From: Mobula hypostoma
Taxonomy: Eukaryota
NCBI RefSeq assembly: GCF_963921235.1
Contig: NC_086118.1
Location: forward strand, 23,686,001-23,750,000
Direction: 5' to 3'
DNA: 64,000 nt
This document shows positions 23,086 to 35,800 of this stretch, in pieces; positions within the stretch are counted from its first letter, which is position 1, and each line of letters begins with the position of its first letter. Under the pieces are notes generated by a model. The model saw nothing but the letters and a program-made list of their open reading frames with translations, searched no databases and was not told the origin of the DNA. The position numbers were made by a program, and so were the translations under genes.

Positions 23086-24299
23086 CAGTACTATACAAAA
23101 GCCTTAAGCACATATATATATAGATATATATATATTTTTGATTATGACGACACTCAGTTCTCATTTATTGTCATTTAGAAATGCATGCATTAAAAAATGA
23201 TACAATGTTCCTCCAGTATGATATCACAGAAACACAAGACAGACCAAGACTAAAACTGACAAAAACCACATAATTATAACATATAGTTACAACAGTGCAA
23301 AGCAATACCGTATTTTGGTAAGAGCAGACCATGGGCATGGTAAAAAAAAGTCTCAAAGTCCCGATAGCCCCAACATCTCACGCAGATGGTAGAAGGGAGA
23401 ATCTCTCCCTGCCATGAGCTTCCAGCGCCGCAAACTTGCCAATGCAGCATCCTGGAAGCACCCGACCACAGTCCGACTCTGAGTCCGTCCGAAAACTCCG
23501 AGCCTCCGACCAGTCCTCCGACACCGAGCACCGAGCACCATCTCTGCCGAGCACTTCGACCCCGCCCCGGCCGCCGAGCAACAAGCAAAGCTGAGGACTT
23601 GGGGCCTTCCCCTCCGGAGATTTCAGATCACACAGCAGCGGTGGCAGCGAAACAGGCATTTCAGAAGTTTCACCAGATGTTCCTCTGTGCTCTCACGTCT
23701 GCCTCCATCAAACCAGAATTGTGCACAGCACCCTACTTGGCAGAAAACAGATATTCATTACCGGAGAGGCCGCACATGCTGCGTCGTGCCGCCACCTTCT
23801 CCTCCTCCTCCTATATATAGCTAGGGTACCCAAGACATTTGCACAGTACTGTAGTAGTTTTATGTACTACACTGTCCTGCTGACACAAAAAAAACAAATT
23901 TCATGGCATTGTGAGTGATGTTAAAACTGATTCTAATATGGGTCCCTATTGTGGCCTGAGAGTGGGAAGTGGGCAGAGAGAGGGTAACCATGGTTGGGAG
24001 ACGGAAGAAGCACCAAACAGACATTCTGTACTGATCAATAAACCTGTTGTTTGGAATCAAAAGACCATGCCTGTTGTATCAGGGCTGAGTGTGTCTGCAC
24101 CGTATCACCCCCACCCCCTCGGCACTCCTTTTCTGCCCCTCCCACGGTATTCCACCCTTGCCATTCCCATCATCCTTTGCTCCTGCCAGATTTACAAACT
24201 TGCTCTCGGCTCTACGTTGACATATACAGTACTATGCAAAAGTCTTAGACACCCTAGATATACAGTATATATACCTGCCTAAGACATTTGCACGTACAG
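23086..24299. mobile_element. Fold-back/Tc1-mariner-like non-autonomous element whose two ends are palindromic mini-units
   Basis: Four copies of a CAGTACTRTGCAAAAGTCTTAGGCAC-like repeat in alternating orientation at 23086-23111, 23826-23851, 24227-24252 and about 24276-24299, each pair separated by a TA-rich spacer; TA follows the right end. Confidence 0.7.
23140..23811 (-). mobile_element. Non-autonomous retroposon, copy B, inserted in the (TA)n spacer of the fold-back element
   Basis: Colinear with copies A and C; 5' end GGAGGAGGAGGAGAAGGTGGCGGCACGACG; (TA)n on both sides. Confidence 0.85.
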
Positions 24300-24562
24300 T
24301 AGATCTGTTTGCACACACCTATTACACACAAGCAGTAGATGAAAGATGTCTAGGCAGATTATATCACATAGGTTTTCTGTTTCTGGAAGCTTGTCCAGCA
24401 AGCAGACACAAGCAACTGCACTGGTCTCAGGATAGAAGTTAGTGTCACCCTCACATCAGAAATCTTGTCTGAAGTTCTTTCCAAGCAGTCTCTGCTGAGA
24501 TGTACCACCAATAACACATGCTACACTTTGCTGCAATGCAGAATTCAAGAAAACTTCCACTG

Positions 24563-25690
24563 ACAATAGATTGTATAGTAAGCACAGTACAGGCCCTTTG
24601 GCCCACAATGTTGTGCCGCCCCTTAAATACTACCTCCCATATAACCCCCACCTTAAATTCTTCCATATACCTGTCTAGCAGTCTCTTAAATTTCACTAGT
24701 GTATCTGCCTCCACCACTGACTCAGGCAGTGCATTCCGCGCATCAACCACTCTCTAGAGTAAAAAACCTTCCTCTAATATCCCCCTTGAACTTCTTACCC
24801 CTTACCTTAAAGCCATGTCCTCTTGTACTGAGCAGTGGTGCCCTGGGGAAGAGGCGCTGGCTGTCCACTCTATCTATTCCTCTTAATATCTTGTATACCT
24901 CTAACATGTCTCCTCTCATCCTCCTCTCCAAAGAGTAAAGCCCTAGCTCCCTTAATCTCTGATCATAATGCATACTCTCTAAACCAGGCAGCATCCTGGT
25001 AAATCTCCTCTGAACCCTTTCCAATGCTTCCACATCCTTCCTATAGTGAGGCCACCAGAACTGGACACAGTACTCCAAGTGTGGCCTAATCAGAGTTTTA
25101 TAGAGCCGCATCATTACCCTGTGACTCTTAAACTCTATCCCTCGACTTATGAAAGCTAACACTTCATAAGCTTTCTTAACTACCCTATCTATCTGTGAGG
25201 CAACTTTCAGGCACCTGTGGACATGTACTCCCAGATCCCTCTGCTCCTCCACACTACCAAGTATCCTGCCATTTACTTTGTACACTGCCTTGTAATTTGT
25301 CCTTCCAAAGTGTACCACCTCACACTTCTCCGGGTTGAACTCCATCTGTCACTTCTCAGCCCACTTCTGCATCCTATCAATGTCCCTCTGCAATCTTCGA
25401 CAATCCTCTACACTATCCACCACACCACCAACCTTTGTGTCGTCTGCAAACTTGCCAACCCACCCTTCTACCCTCACATCCAGGTCGTTAATAAAAATCA
25501 CGAAAAGTAGAGGTCCCAGAACCAATTCTGAATCCACCTGGCCAAACTTCCCTGGATCACATGCCTTCTGACTTTATGAATAAGCCTACCGTGTGGAACC
25601 TTGTCAAATGCTTTACTAAAATCCATGTAGATCACATCCACTGCACTACCCTCATCTATATGCCTGGTCACTTCCTCAAAGAACTCTAAC
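24563..25690 (-). mobile_element. CR1-type (HER1-like) LINE, 5'-truncated, with an internal deletion at about 25525
   Basis: RT motifs VDVIYMDFSKAFDKVPH, LGPLLFVIFINDL, KFADDTK; C-terminal RPHLEYCVQFW..LERVQRRFTRM. Confidence 0.95.
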
Positions 25691-28061
25691 AAATTGAAGA
25701 ACCTTCCAAGTCTGATAAACCTGACTTCTGTTTTCATGTCTGGGTGAAGTATTTGGCTGCAGCAAGTAACTTCAATAAGTGCAGACATTCATAATAGTTT
25801 TTAATGCCCCTACAGATATTTTCTGGACAAAATATAATTAGTAGCCTTGATTTTTGCCCATTACAATCTCAGCAGATAATGTTTTCAACTTTGAAGCACT
25901 TGTTGTTAATGGCATGTTAACTTCTGGTATTTTTTAACCTCATGATAGAGGTGTCAGCAGCTATGTTACATTTATATCAATTTCTGGATTACTAGATGGC
26001 ATTTCAATGAATGGTGCTATCCATTTGAAGATTGGGTGTGTGTTTAGTAAATTAGCCAGGTTATGCATGAAATCCATGGACAGAATTTGCAATGTCACAA
26101 CCAATTTTCAGAATGGTTATATAGTCACCAGTTGCCTCTGCGAACCTCTGACTGTGGGTTCCAATTGTCTCACTTTCTGCACTCTCTAAAAGTGTGGAAC
26201 TGAAGTAATTCTCAAGCTTTTCATTTACTTTATTAATGAGACATTGATTATTTTCCAGTGTGCCAACATTGCATTAACATTTGTCTTTTTCTCTCATATT
26301 AAAAAGGTTACCATCCATTTGAGGTACTAATGCAAGGGCTCCAACGTTTTGTTATATGTAGTTGTATCAGTTACTCTTCCGATGTAACGGATCATGGTCC
26401 AATGTAACTGATCATGGACTGAACTGCCATTATATGGTATCTTCTACTTTAACAGTTACTAGACTTACTTTTCATATGTAAACAAAACAAATGCAATATC
26501 CACTTTTTGTTCATCTTCATTCTACAGTCTGCAGCATAGACATGCCACTGAAAATCTTGAGATTTTCAAGTTCACTCTATCAATACAGTCATGTAATTAG
26601 TTGATATTATTAATGATGTCATGTTTGCATCTGTGATGTGATCTCGTCTTCTTCACCAGTGGTAGGTATCTGGTCATGAGTTCTGCATTCCCATTAAAAT
26701 CTTAAACTTTAATAAATTCCACAGCACTCTATAGCGTGTATCCAGTTATACAATAGTTACACTAGGGAACCTATGCATGCATTAATACATAAGGCAACAT
26801 ATGGTATAGATGATGGCACACATTTACACAAAATAATCTGAAGATTGGCAGTTTTCAGACTGAGATGCTGTATCAATCAGGAGAATTGGCTGTAAATTAT
26901 CTGTAGGTGGATGGCAGAGAAATCAAAGAGGAGCAAATGACCATGTGAGGGGAAAATATGTTACAGGGAAATCAGTGGAGGAATAGGGCTGATAGGAGTA
27001 CAATGGGAGCTAGTATAAACCTAATGGGTCAAACTGCTTCTTTCTACGGTTTGTTGTAAGAACAACATGAGAAAAAAGATACACGATACTTAAAGGAGGG
27101 ATGCTTCTACTCAAAGTCTATTCAGAATAATATTGAAAACGGAAACCCTTTGAGTAGTCAAGCATTCTTTCCAAGGCAAAGGCTTTGTTATTAACTTGAA
27201 ACCTTTTCATCAGCCCTGTCAGACACCAAGGTGCAAATGCTTAATAACTTGAAATCAAAATTGACAATTTGAACCTAAGCCTCTTGTGCTAGAAGTTGCC
27301 TATTTTCAATGATCTAAATAGGATATTGTCCCTAATGATGATTTGCCTAATTACAGTGTCAATTATGCAGGCCTTTGCAAAACAATAACAGCTTCTTAAC
27401 CGATCTTTAAATATTAGAACTGATTATTATTTAATGTCCCAGTTTAAATGATTAATACTTGCAAATTCATTTGAAGGATCTAGTCTAAACTTTGAAAAAA
27501 AAATCGGATTGCGTTATTTGCATAATTATTTATGACATCTTAATTTAAGAGGAACTAATCAAAGGAGCAGTAGCAGGATTAAAATTCAAGAGTCCTCACT
27601 GAACTTCAAAGGCCTTTTCAACTTATTAACACTCTTTGCCAATGCTGATGTTAAGAAACAGTGAAACAAATGAAGCAACTACAAGAGGAGGATTAAGTCT
27701 GTAGCCCATTCAACAGTCCCGCACTTGTTCCCTATTTAATGAGTGTTGCTATGTCATTGACAGTGTTTCTATCCTTGAGTATAGGGAATAATAGTTGGTA
27801 TTTCTCAAGTTGTAATTGAGGACATCTGTGGCAGACCCCATGTAGGAATCTTGATGAGGATGGGCAGAGGGTTGCTCTATAATATATGCTAACCTGAAAG
27901 GTAGTGATGTTTGAAGCTATATATATGTGAAGAAAGGCTGCATGAAGAAGTAAGGACTGCTGAAGCTGCTGGGTCACTGGAGGTGCACAAAATGAGAGTC
28001 ATTGTTAAGTTCAGGACATTGGGATACCGGAGTAAAATTGGGATATTGGGATATTGGAGTA

Positions 28062-28465
28062 AAGCTAGGGCTTTACTCTTTGGAGAGAAGGAAGATGAGA
28101 GGAGACAAGTTAGAGGTATACAAGATATACAAGATAATGAGAGGAATAGATAGAGTGGATAGCCAGCGCCTCTTCCCCAGGGCACCACTGCTCAATACAA
28201 GAGGACATGGCTTTAAGGTAAGGGGTGGGAAGTTCAAGGGGGATATTAGAGGAAGGTTTTTAACTCAGAGAGTGGTTGGTGCATGGAATGCACTGCCTGA
28301 GTCAGTGGTGGAGGCAGATACACTAGTGAAGTTTAAGAGACTACTAGACAGGTATATGGAGGAATCTAAGATGGGGGATTATATAGGAGGCAGGGTTTGA
28401 GGGTTGGCACAACATTGTGGGCCAAAGGGTCCGTACTGTGCTGTACTAATCTATGTTCTATGTTC
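28062..28465 (+). mobile_element. CR1-type LINE 3' end, same subfamily as 24563-25690
   Basis: LGLYSLERR..TRGHGFKV..WNALPESVVEA; (CTATGTT)n tail; near-identical to the reverse complement of 24575-24950. Confidence 0.95.
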
Positions 28466-28493
28466 AAATTTACACAAGTGAGAAACATGAGAG

Positions 28494-28811
28494 ATTCCAG
28501 AACGAGGGGTCACAGTTTGAGGATAAAGGGGAAGCCTTTTAGGACTGAGATTAGGAAAAACTTCTTCACACAGAGAGTGGTGAATCCGTGGAATTCTCTG
28601 CCACAGGAAACAGTTGAGGCCAGTTCATTGGCTATATTTAAGAGGGAGTTAGATATGGCCCTTGTGGCTAAAGGGATCAGGGGGTATGGAGGGAAGGCTG
28701 GTACAGGGTTCTGAGTTGGATGATCAGCCATGATCATACTGAATGGTGGTGCAGGCTCGAAGGGCCGAGTGGCCTACTCCTGCACCTATTTTCTATATTT
28801 CTATGTTTCTA
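28494..28811 (+). mobile_element. CR1-type LINE 3' end (second subfamily)
   Basis: SRTRGHSLRI..FFTQRVVNPWNSLP; (TTTCTATG)n tail; its 3' part recurs at 60368-60552. Confidence 0.9.
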
Positions 28812-28814
28812 TTC

Positions 28815-28940
28815 TGCAGTTGCTGGAAATACAGAGCAACACAGAGAATGCTGGTCAGACAACGTCAATGGAAGGGAATAGACAACTGGCGTTTTGGGCC
28901 AAGACCCTTCATCAGGACTGGCAAGGAAGGAGGACAGAGC
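28815..28940 (-). mobile_element. Penelope-like 3' end with mutated hammerhead
   Basis: Minus strand: cagtc-CTGATGA-agggtcttggccc-AAAA-cg-CC (28884-28920). Confidence 0.75.
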
Positions 28941-29079
28941 CAGAGTCAGAATCAGAATCAGTTTTACAATACAAATGAAAAATCTGTCTTCAGTCTAGGT
29001 CAAGCATTGCTGCATGAATGCATACCATTATCTGCAGAGAGTGAGAATGTGTGAGAGATTCACACACACACACACACAC

Positions 29080-30872
29080 ACAGCAACTTCTCACTCGACG
29101 TCAGCCAAACCAAAGACCTGATTGTTGAGTATAAGAGGAGGAAACTGGAAGTCCATGAGCCTGTCCTCATCAAGGGATCAGAGGTGGAGAGTGTCAGTAA
29201 CTTTAAATTCCTCTGCGTTATCATTTCAAAGGATCTGTCCTGGGTCCAGCATATAAGTGCGATTACAAAGAAGGCACAGCAGTTCCTCTACTTTCTCAGA
29301 AGTTTGTGAAGAGTCTCCACATCATCTAAGATTTTGACAAACTTCTGTGGATGCTCGGTGGAGATGCATGGTTGCATCATGACAGTATAGTAGATACAGC
29401 CCAGTCTATCACAGGTAAAGCCCTCCCCACCATTGAGTACATTTACGTGGAGCATGAGGCAGGAAGGTAGCATCCATCATCAAAACCCCCACCATATAGG
29501 CTATGATCTCTTCTCACTGCTAAGATAGGCCACCAGGGAGAAGGTACGGGTGCCTTGGGTCCCACACCACCAGGTTCATAAGAACATAAGAAAGAGGAGC
29601 AGGAGTAGGCCATCTGGCCCATTGAGCCTGCTCCGCCATTCAATAAGATTATGGCTGATCTGGCCATGGACTCATCCCCACAACTCTTAATTCCTCTACT
29701 ATACAAAAATCTATCCAACCTTGTCTTAAGTATATTTACTGAGGTAGCTTCCACTGCTTCACTAGGCAGAGAATTCCACAGATTCACTGCTCTCTGGGAA
29801 AAGCAGTTTCTCCTCATCCCTGTCCTAAGTCTACTCCCTGAATCTTGAGGCTATGTCTGCTAGTTCCAGTCTCACCTACCAGAGGAAACAACTCTCCTGC
29901 CTCTATCTTACCTATCCCTTTCATAATTTTATATGTTTCTATAGGGTCTCCACTCATTCTTCTGAATTCCAGCGAGTATTACAGCCCCAGGTGACTCAAT
30001 CTGTCCTCATAGTCTAACCCCCTCATCCCTGGAATCAGCCTGGTGAACCTCCTCTGCATTGCTTCCAAAGCCAGTGTATCATTCCTCAAGTAAGGAGACC
30101 AGAACTGCACGCAGTACTCCAGGTGCGGCCTCAACAGTACCCCGTACAGTTGCAGCATAACCTCCCTGCTCTTAAGTTCAATCCCTCTAGCAAACTTAGA
30201 TACACTACACTCAGTCCCCTCTTCCAGATCATTAATGTATATTGTGAACAGTTGCAGGGCCAGCATCGACCCTTGCGGCACACTGCACTCCACTGATTGC
30301 CAACCAGAGTAACACCCATGTATCTTAACTCTCTGTTTTCTATTAGTTAACCAATCCTCTATCCATGCTAATACATCAGCCCCAACTCTATGCATCTTTA
30401 TCTTATGGATAAGTGTCTTATGTGGCACCTTATCGAACACCTTCTGGAAATTCAAGTAAATAATGTCCATCTGTTCCCCTCTATCCACCGTGCTTGTTAT
30501 ATCCTCAAAGAACTGTTCAGAAACAGTTCTTACTCCTCAGCCAGCAGGCCCCTGAACTGGAGTGGATAACTTCACTCACCACAATTCTAAACTGATTCCA
30601 CAACCTATGGACTCACTTTCAAGTCTCTACAAGTCATGTCTCAATATCATGTATTACTTATTTATCTCTTAATATTATTTGATTTTCTTTTTGTATTTGC
30701 ACAATTTGATGTCTTTTGCGCAAAAGTTGTTTGTCTGTCTTGGTTTATGTGTAATTTTTCATTGATACTATTGTGTTTCTTTGTACTTATTGTGAATGCC
30801 TGCAATAAAATTAATCTTTGGATAGTATATGCTGATATATATGTACTTTGATAATAAATTTACTTTGAATTT
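29080..30872 (+). mobile_element. Rex1/Babar-type LINE 3' portion, split by a CR1 insertion
   Basis: Degenerate ..QTKDLIVEYKR..VESVSNFKFL..; stops at caggttca (29578) and resumes at gttcagaaacag (about 30515); AATAAA plus (ACTTTGA) tail. Confidence 0.8.
29577..30514 (-). mobile_element. CR1-type LINE fragment nested in the Rex1/Babar copy
   Basis: (CATAAGAA)n tail at the left end; DIIYLNFQKVFDKVPH, SVPQGSML, RPHLEYCVQFWSP; internal deletion after SKFA. Confidence 0.92.
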
Positions 30873-30877
30873 ACTGT

Positions 30878-30880
30878 GAC

Positions 30881-30912
<32 letters not shown>
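30878..30912. repeat. (GA)n microsatellite
   Basis: Direct inspection. Confidence 0.95.
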
Positions 30913-30913
<1 letters not shown>

Positions 30914-33673
30914 CGAAAGAGATCTTTTAACAGAGCATCAAAGAAAGCTACTTCTACTGTCTGGTTGATGATGCAGAGGGCGCCTTGACAGTTGAAATGT
31001 GTTCCTATTGTAAATGGGTAGTTCCATTGAGCTATGTGTCCACACCAAAATATTGAAGCTGAAACTGCAATTTGCAGTTTCAAAACTGAAACCAGCTGTG
31101 CTTAAAGTGTATAAAACCTTAATATACAATACTTTGGGTTCAGTAAGATTCATCCAGGAGAGAATCTTCCACTGGCTGTCCTCTTGAATGCCTGATTGTC
31201 AAGCTGAATAAAGACCTTTCACATCTCCAGCTCCAGTTTCCACATGGCTCATTCAAAGTCACAACACACACCGAAGATTGGCCTTGGCTTTAGAAGTGGT
31301 CAGCACTATACACACAAGCTTCGTTTCAATACTGACACATTATAAAAAGAAACCTCACAAAAATTGAAAGTTTACAAAGATATTGAATGTGGGATGGTTT
31401 GGGGAAAGGAACAGCAGTAGAGATAGCTCCAAAGATAGGTATATATGCATATACAGGGTACCTTCAAAAACTAGATTGTTTCATTTGATATAACTTGAAA
31501 TACATTGTTGTGTCTAATACTGTTATTTACTTAAGAGTTACTGCCTTCAATAAAAATATTATTTATTGTTTTATATCTTTAATTTGCTAATTCATGCAGC
31601 ATGAAAAGAAACTTACAGCCTGTAAAGAGGAGTGGCAACAGAGACTGGGTTTTGTTGTACTAAAAAGTTTACTCTCGATTTCAAACCATGTTGGATTGAA
31701 GAAATAGTGTTCTGTAATTGACTGGCAAATTGTCTGTTATGCTGAATCCTTCATAGATTTATACAATTACATGTAATAAGAGATGCTAGTATAAAAATGT
31801 GATGTAACCGCGTTGGCATTTGTTTATGCAGCAGTACAGTCCAGGCTCAATGAGGCAGTCAAGCGAACTGATGTGAAGCCATGTCGAGCAAGTCAATTTC
31901 ACCCATGTAAATGCAGCTGTGAAGAAATCAGGGAAAAACAAACTACTCTGGCGATTCCTAGCCAAGGGTAACAACTCGGGAATGTCATCTTGTTTAAAAG
32001 AAATCCAGAAGTTAAACAAAATGAAATGAATCAGAAGATTAACTAGTTCAGCTAAATGGGCTCCTTCAGCTTGATGATGTACTTCATGTTTTAAATGAAT
32101 AGAAATTGTATGTAATGAGTTATAATTAGTGTCATGTGGTATATAATTTGTATTTCACAGATGTACATGTATTCTACTTAGACCACACATTAGCTACTTA
32201 ACTATAATAAAAGATGTGCATTTATTTAGTTAAGCATAAGATGTTGCAGTGGTGTCACTGGGACATTTTTGACCTTGAAAGACTGTCTAAGACAAAGTAG
32301 ATGTCAGGAGAAAACAACGAAAGCAGAGATCGTAGCCCCCAAAACAACGGGATGAGAATATGTTGTGTAATTAATTCATACATTTTGTCAGCGATGTAGA
32401 CAGCATGCTAACATCATGCTGCTTGATCATTTCCATGATTTTTGTGGGCAGTCAATGCTAACCAAGCTATTTGGAGCTCGCTCAGCATGGGGTCGATCCT
32501 GTGGGAAGCTAATGAAAGCCATCCTGCAACTCCTGAAGGGGAGATACATTGCACCAGGTACTGGCAGAAACTCTGATTCGGGAGTCTGAAAAATGGTCCT
32601 ATACAGGAATAAAGGGAATTCTGCTTTTATTTTGGCATTGTGATTACAGTCTTGTGCAGCTGATGGATGAGAGGTGACCTATTCCTGAAAATGGACAGGG
32701 GACAGTGGGTGAGGGTGTTGTGGGGAGGAGGCAAAAGGGAACTGGAAGCCTTGCTATCTGAAATCAGAGTTAAGACCTGAAGACTTGGATGCAGTGAAGC
32801 AGGAAGGTCAAGCACTTTACACACTTAGACAAAATTAACAGAAGCATCTTCAGTGTGATATACAACCAGCTACACTGCTCCACGCTTACCTCAGCCTCAC
32901 ATTGTGTTTAAGCAGCACAAGCCCATTGTTATCTTCTCTATACCTCATGCAGAATCTTCAAAGGTTCTGTGGACTATCAGACTTGGACACCTCTTACCCA
33001 CATTTCACGACTGTTATACATACCCTGTCAGCTATTGAATCACAGGTGCACCAGCACAAAAATATTGTGCAGTAGTACTTTTAAATTTATCTCTCTGGCA
33101 CTCAGCCTCCAACCTGAACTTCAGCTTAAAAGTATGTGGGTATTCTGTACTTCAATAAGCATCTCCTCTCTGTACTCCATCCTGCTGCGGTAACAAGCAG
33201 TCTTAAAGTCAGTTCCAGTTGAGAGTGCCTATCACTGGCTTTGGGAATGTGTTGGTAAGCTCCCGCTTGAGGTCCGGCAATCCTTCTGGAGGATACTTCC
33301 TCAACACTGTTGATCCAGTGGTAATTTTTTTGCACTGGCACTGCCACTCTCACCTGTATAGGATGTGAAGTGCCATTTCTGCTGGATCTCCACTTTCTCG
33401 TTGGGCAGAGAGAAGCGACCAGCACCTAAGCTGTAGGTGGTTCAAAGCAAAGGCTTTGCTGTTAAGAATATCTCCGAAGGTTTTTCGCATAGGGAAAACT
33501 TAACAGGAGCCAAAACAATTCAGAATTTGAACTGATATGAAATGTCTCACATACAGTCATTAAAAACCTATCGGAATCACTAAAATATCTTCAAAAAATA
33601 AAGAAACAAAATAAACATATAAAAAACTCAAAAATGATTAGAACATTAAATTTAAGTAGAATAAATTACTTAC

Positions 33674-33744
33674 CTTTCTCTTTGCTTCTGAACCTATGGG
33701 ACTTGAATCCTTATTGAAATCTTCTGGTCGCTCTGTCATAGGAT
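33674..33744 (-). other. Candidate 71-nt exon of an unidentified minus-strand transcript
   Basis: ttttcattcag|ATCCTATG...AGAAAG|gtaagt; open reading DPMTERPEDFNKDSSPIGSEAKRK. No homology recognised. Confidence 0.3.
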
Positions 33745-33759
33745 CTGAATGAAAACTTT

Positions 33760-34630
33760 TATCCAGGTGATGGTGCCTCTTGCATCTGCTACCCTCGTTC
33801 TTGGACATGAAGGTTGCAGGTTTAAGAGGTATTGTCTGAGAACTTTGGGGAACAAGTGTGATATATTTTTCATTGATTTTGCTCTCTGCAACCACAGGGA
33901 ATCAGTGGTGGAGGTATGAGTATGTACAATTTGGTTGAGCTAGCTAACTTTAAATGTGTGTCAAATTTGTTGAATGCCGCCTGGGGTTACAGCCACAGAA
34001 TACACAGTCTCTGACCTAATTTTGTATCCAGGCTGCTTATATCATTAGCTCAATTAGTTAGTTTTGATTGGTGGTGACTTCTGGATATTAACGGCAATGC
34101 CATTGAAAATCAAAAGTATACAATTAAACTTTCTCTAGCTGGAAATGATCAGGGCTTGGCACTTGTGCTGAGCAAAAATTGGATGCCATAGTAGCATAGC
34201 AGTTAACATAACACTATTACATCAGAGTTTAGATTTCATTTCTGACACCACCTGTGAGAAGTTTGTTCGTCCTTCTCATGAACACATGTTTCTCTGGGTG
34301 TTCTGGTTTCCTCCCATATTCCAAAAACTCACCGGTTAGTAAGTTAATTGGTCATTGTAAATTGTCCTGTAATTAGGCCCGGGTTAAATAGGTGGGGTGG
34401 GTTGCTGGGGTGGTGGGGCTCATTGGGTTGGAAGGGCCAGTTCTGTGCTGTATCTCTAAATAAAAAAAAGTATTGTCTGCTACATTAGCTGATGTTAGAA
34501 TCTTGCCCAGATCTTGCTGCGTTCAGGAATGCACTGCTTCATTTTCTGAGAAGCTGGAAGGAGAATTGGATATTATGTAATCATCACCAGACCTTCCCAC
34601 TTCTGGTATTATGGTAGAAAGAATGTCTTT
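33760..34630 (-). mobile_element. Old CR1/L2-group LINE RT fragment, interrupted by a SINE
   Basis: Degenerate RT-region sequence (tcatcaccaga at about 34581 occupies the expected xADD position; cagatcttgctgc; ggcacttgtg); no open frame. Confidence 0.5.
34183..34469 (+). mobile_element. V-SINE/HE1-like tRNA-derived SINE
   Basis: Degenerate A box gtagcatagcagtt; V-domain tttctctgggtgttctggtttcctcccatattccaaaa..ttaattggtcattgtaaattgtcc; tail gtgctgtatctctaaataaaa. Confidence 0.8.
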
Positions 34631-35383
34631 TTTTCAGTCCATAAACTGAGATTCTTGTTGGATGTTGCTTCCCTCAGCAGTAAGCCTAGTATTCCGAGAT
34701 TGTCTCCTGTCCAAGTACTTGATAAGCTGATTGATCCAATACTTCCAAGAGGTCATGGGTGCAGCTATATTCCAGGCACTGATCTACCCCAACTTCATTC
34801 AGGGTATATCTGGAGGAAATGCTGCCCTCCTGTGGATACAGGACATTTACCCGACTTTGGTCCTTTACCAAGCCACCAATGTAGTTGAATCTATTCTTCA
34901 CTGCTTTCCATTTCAGTTTCGCTTGTAGACTGAGTGTAGCATCGCTTCACTTTGAAATCATAACAAAGCAGCAGATCAGCTGGATTCTCGCCTGCAGTGC
35001 ATTCAGTGAGTGTGCGTTAAATGGGCATTTCAATCACTGTCTCTTTTCTGTAACTCTTGATGTTGTCTCTGATGTGCAAGCCTACAAGTTAACAATGTTA
35101 ATAAATTGGGTGAAAAAGAGAATTACTTGCATCTAGAAGAGGTTATTATGTTTTCATGGAAACTTACATCTCATACCTTTTGATTAGTATGAAATTAATG
35201 TAGGTTGAAATATGTTTCTTTGCTTCAGTGGCAGATTATATTTGTAAAACCTGGTGTTTGACAAATAAATATGTTATTGGTGTACTCTGGATAGAATTTT
35301 GCTGAGTTTTATCTGAATCACCAAATCATCACTTTGCCTTTATGAAGTCTGGTCTGCTGTCTTGGATTCAGAGGGTAATGAGA

Positions 35384-35800
35384 CCTGTCCAAGACCTCTT
35401 TCAGAGTCGATGCCTCCAGAAGACACGGTACATCATTAAAGACCCCTCACACCCTCTCCATGAACTGTTTGTTCTTCTGCCATCAGGCAAACGTTACAGG
35501 AGCATCAAAACTAAAACCACAAGGCTGCTAAACAGCTTCCTCCCACACAGGCAGTCAGACTGCTAAATAGCTGCTCTACCTGACTCTGCTTTGGACGCTT
35601 TTAACTTGCGCTGGACACTTATAACTTGATTTTAACTGACATGTGGCTGTTGTGTTTTACTATTTATTGTTATGTTTATTATTTAGTGTTGCGTTTGTTA
35701 TGTTATGATTGCACTGCTCCTGAGAAACGCTGTTTCATTCTGCCCTGCACAGCTGATGTACAGTTAGAATGACAAAAAAGTTTTTTGAATTTGAATTTGA
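35384..35800 (+). mobile_element. Rex1/Babar-type LINE 3' end
   Basis: IIKDPSHPLHELFVLLPSGKRYRSIKTKTTRLLNSF; (GAATTT)n tail. Confidence 0.9.

Noticed and set aside
28016..28062. Short duplicated ttgggata..ggagtaaa units resembling a repeat-spacer array
   Set aside because: Only 2-3 degenerate units at a CR1 5' junction in eukaryotic DNA; not CRISPR-like.
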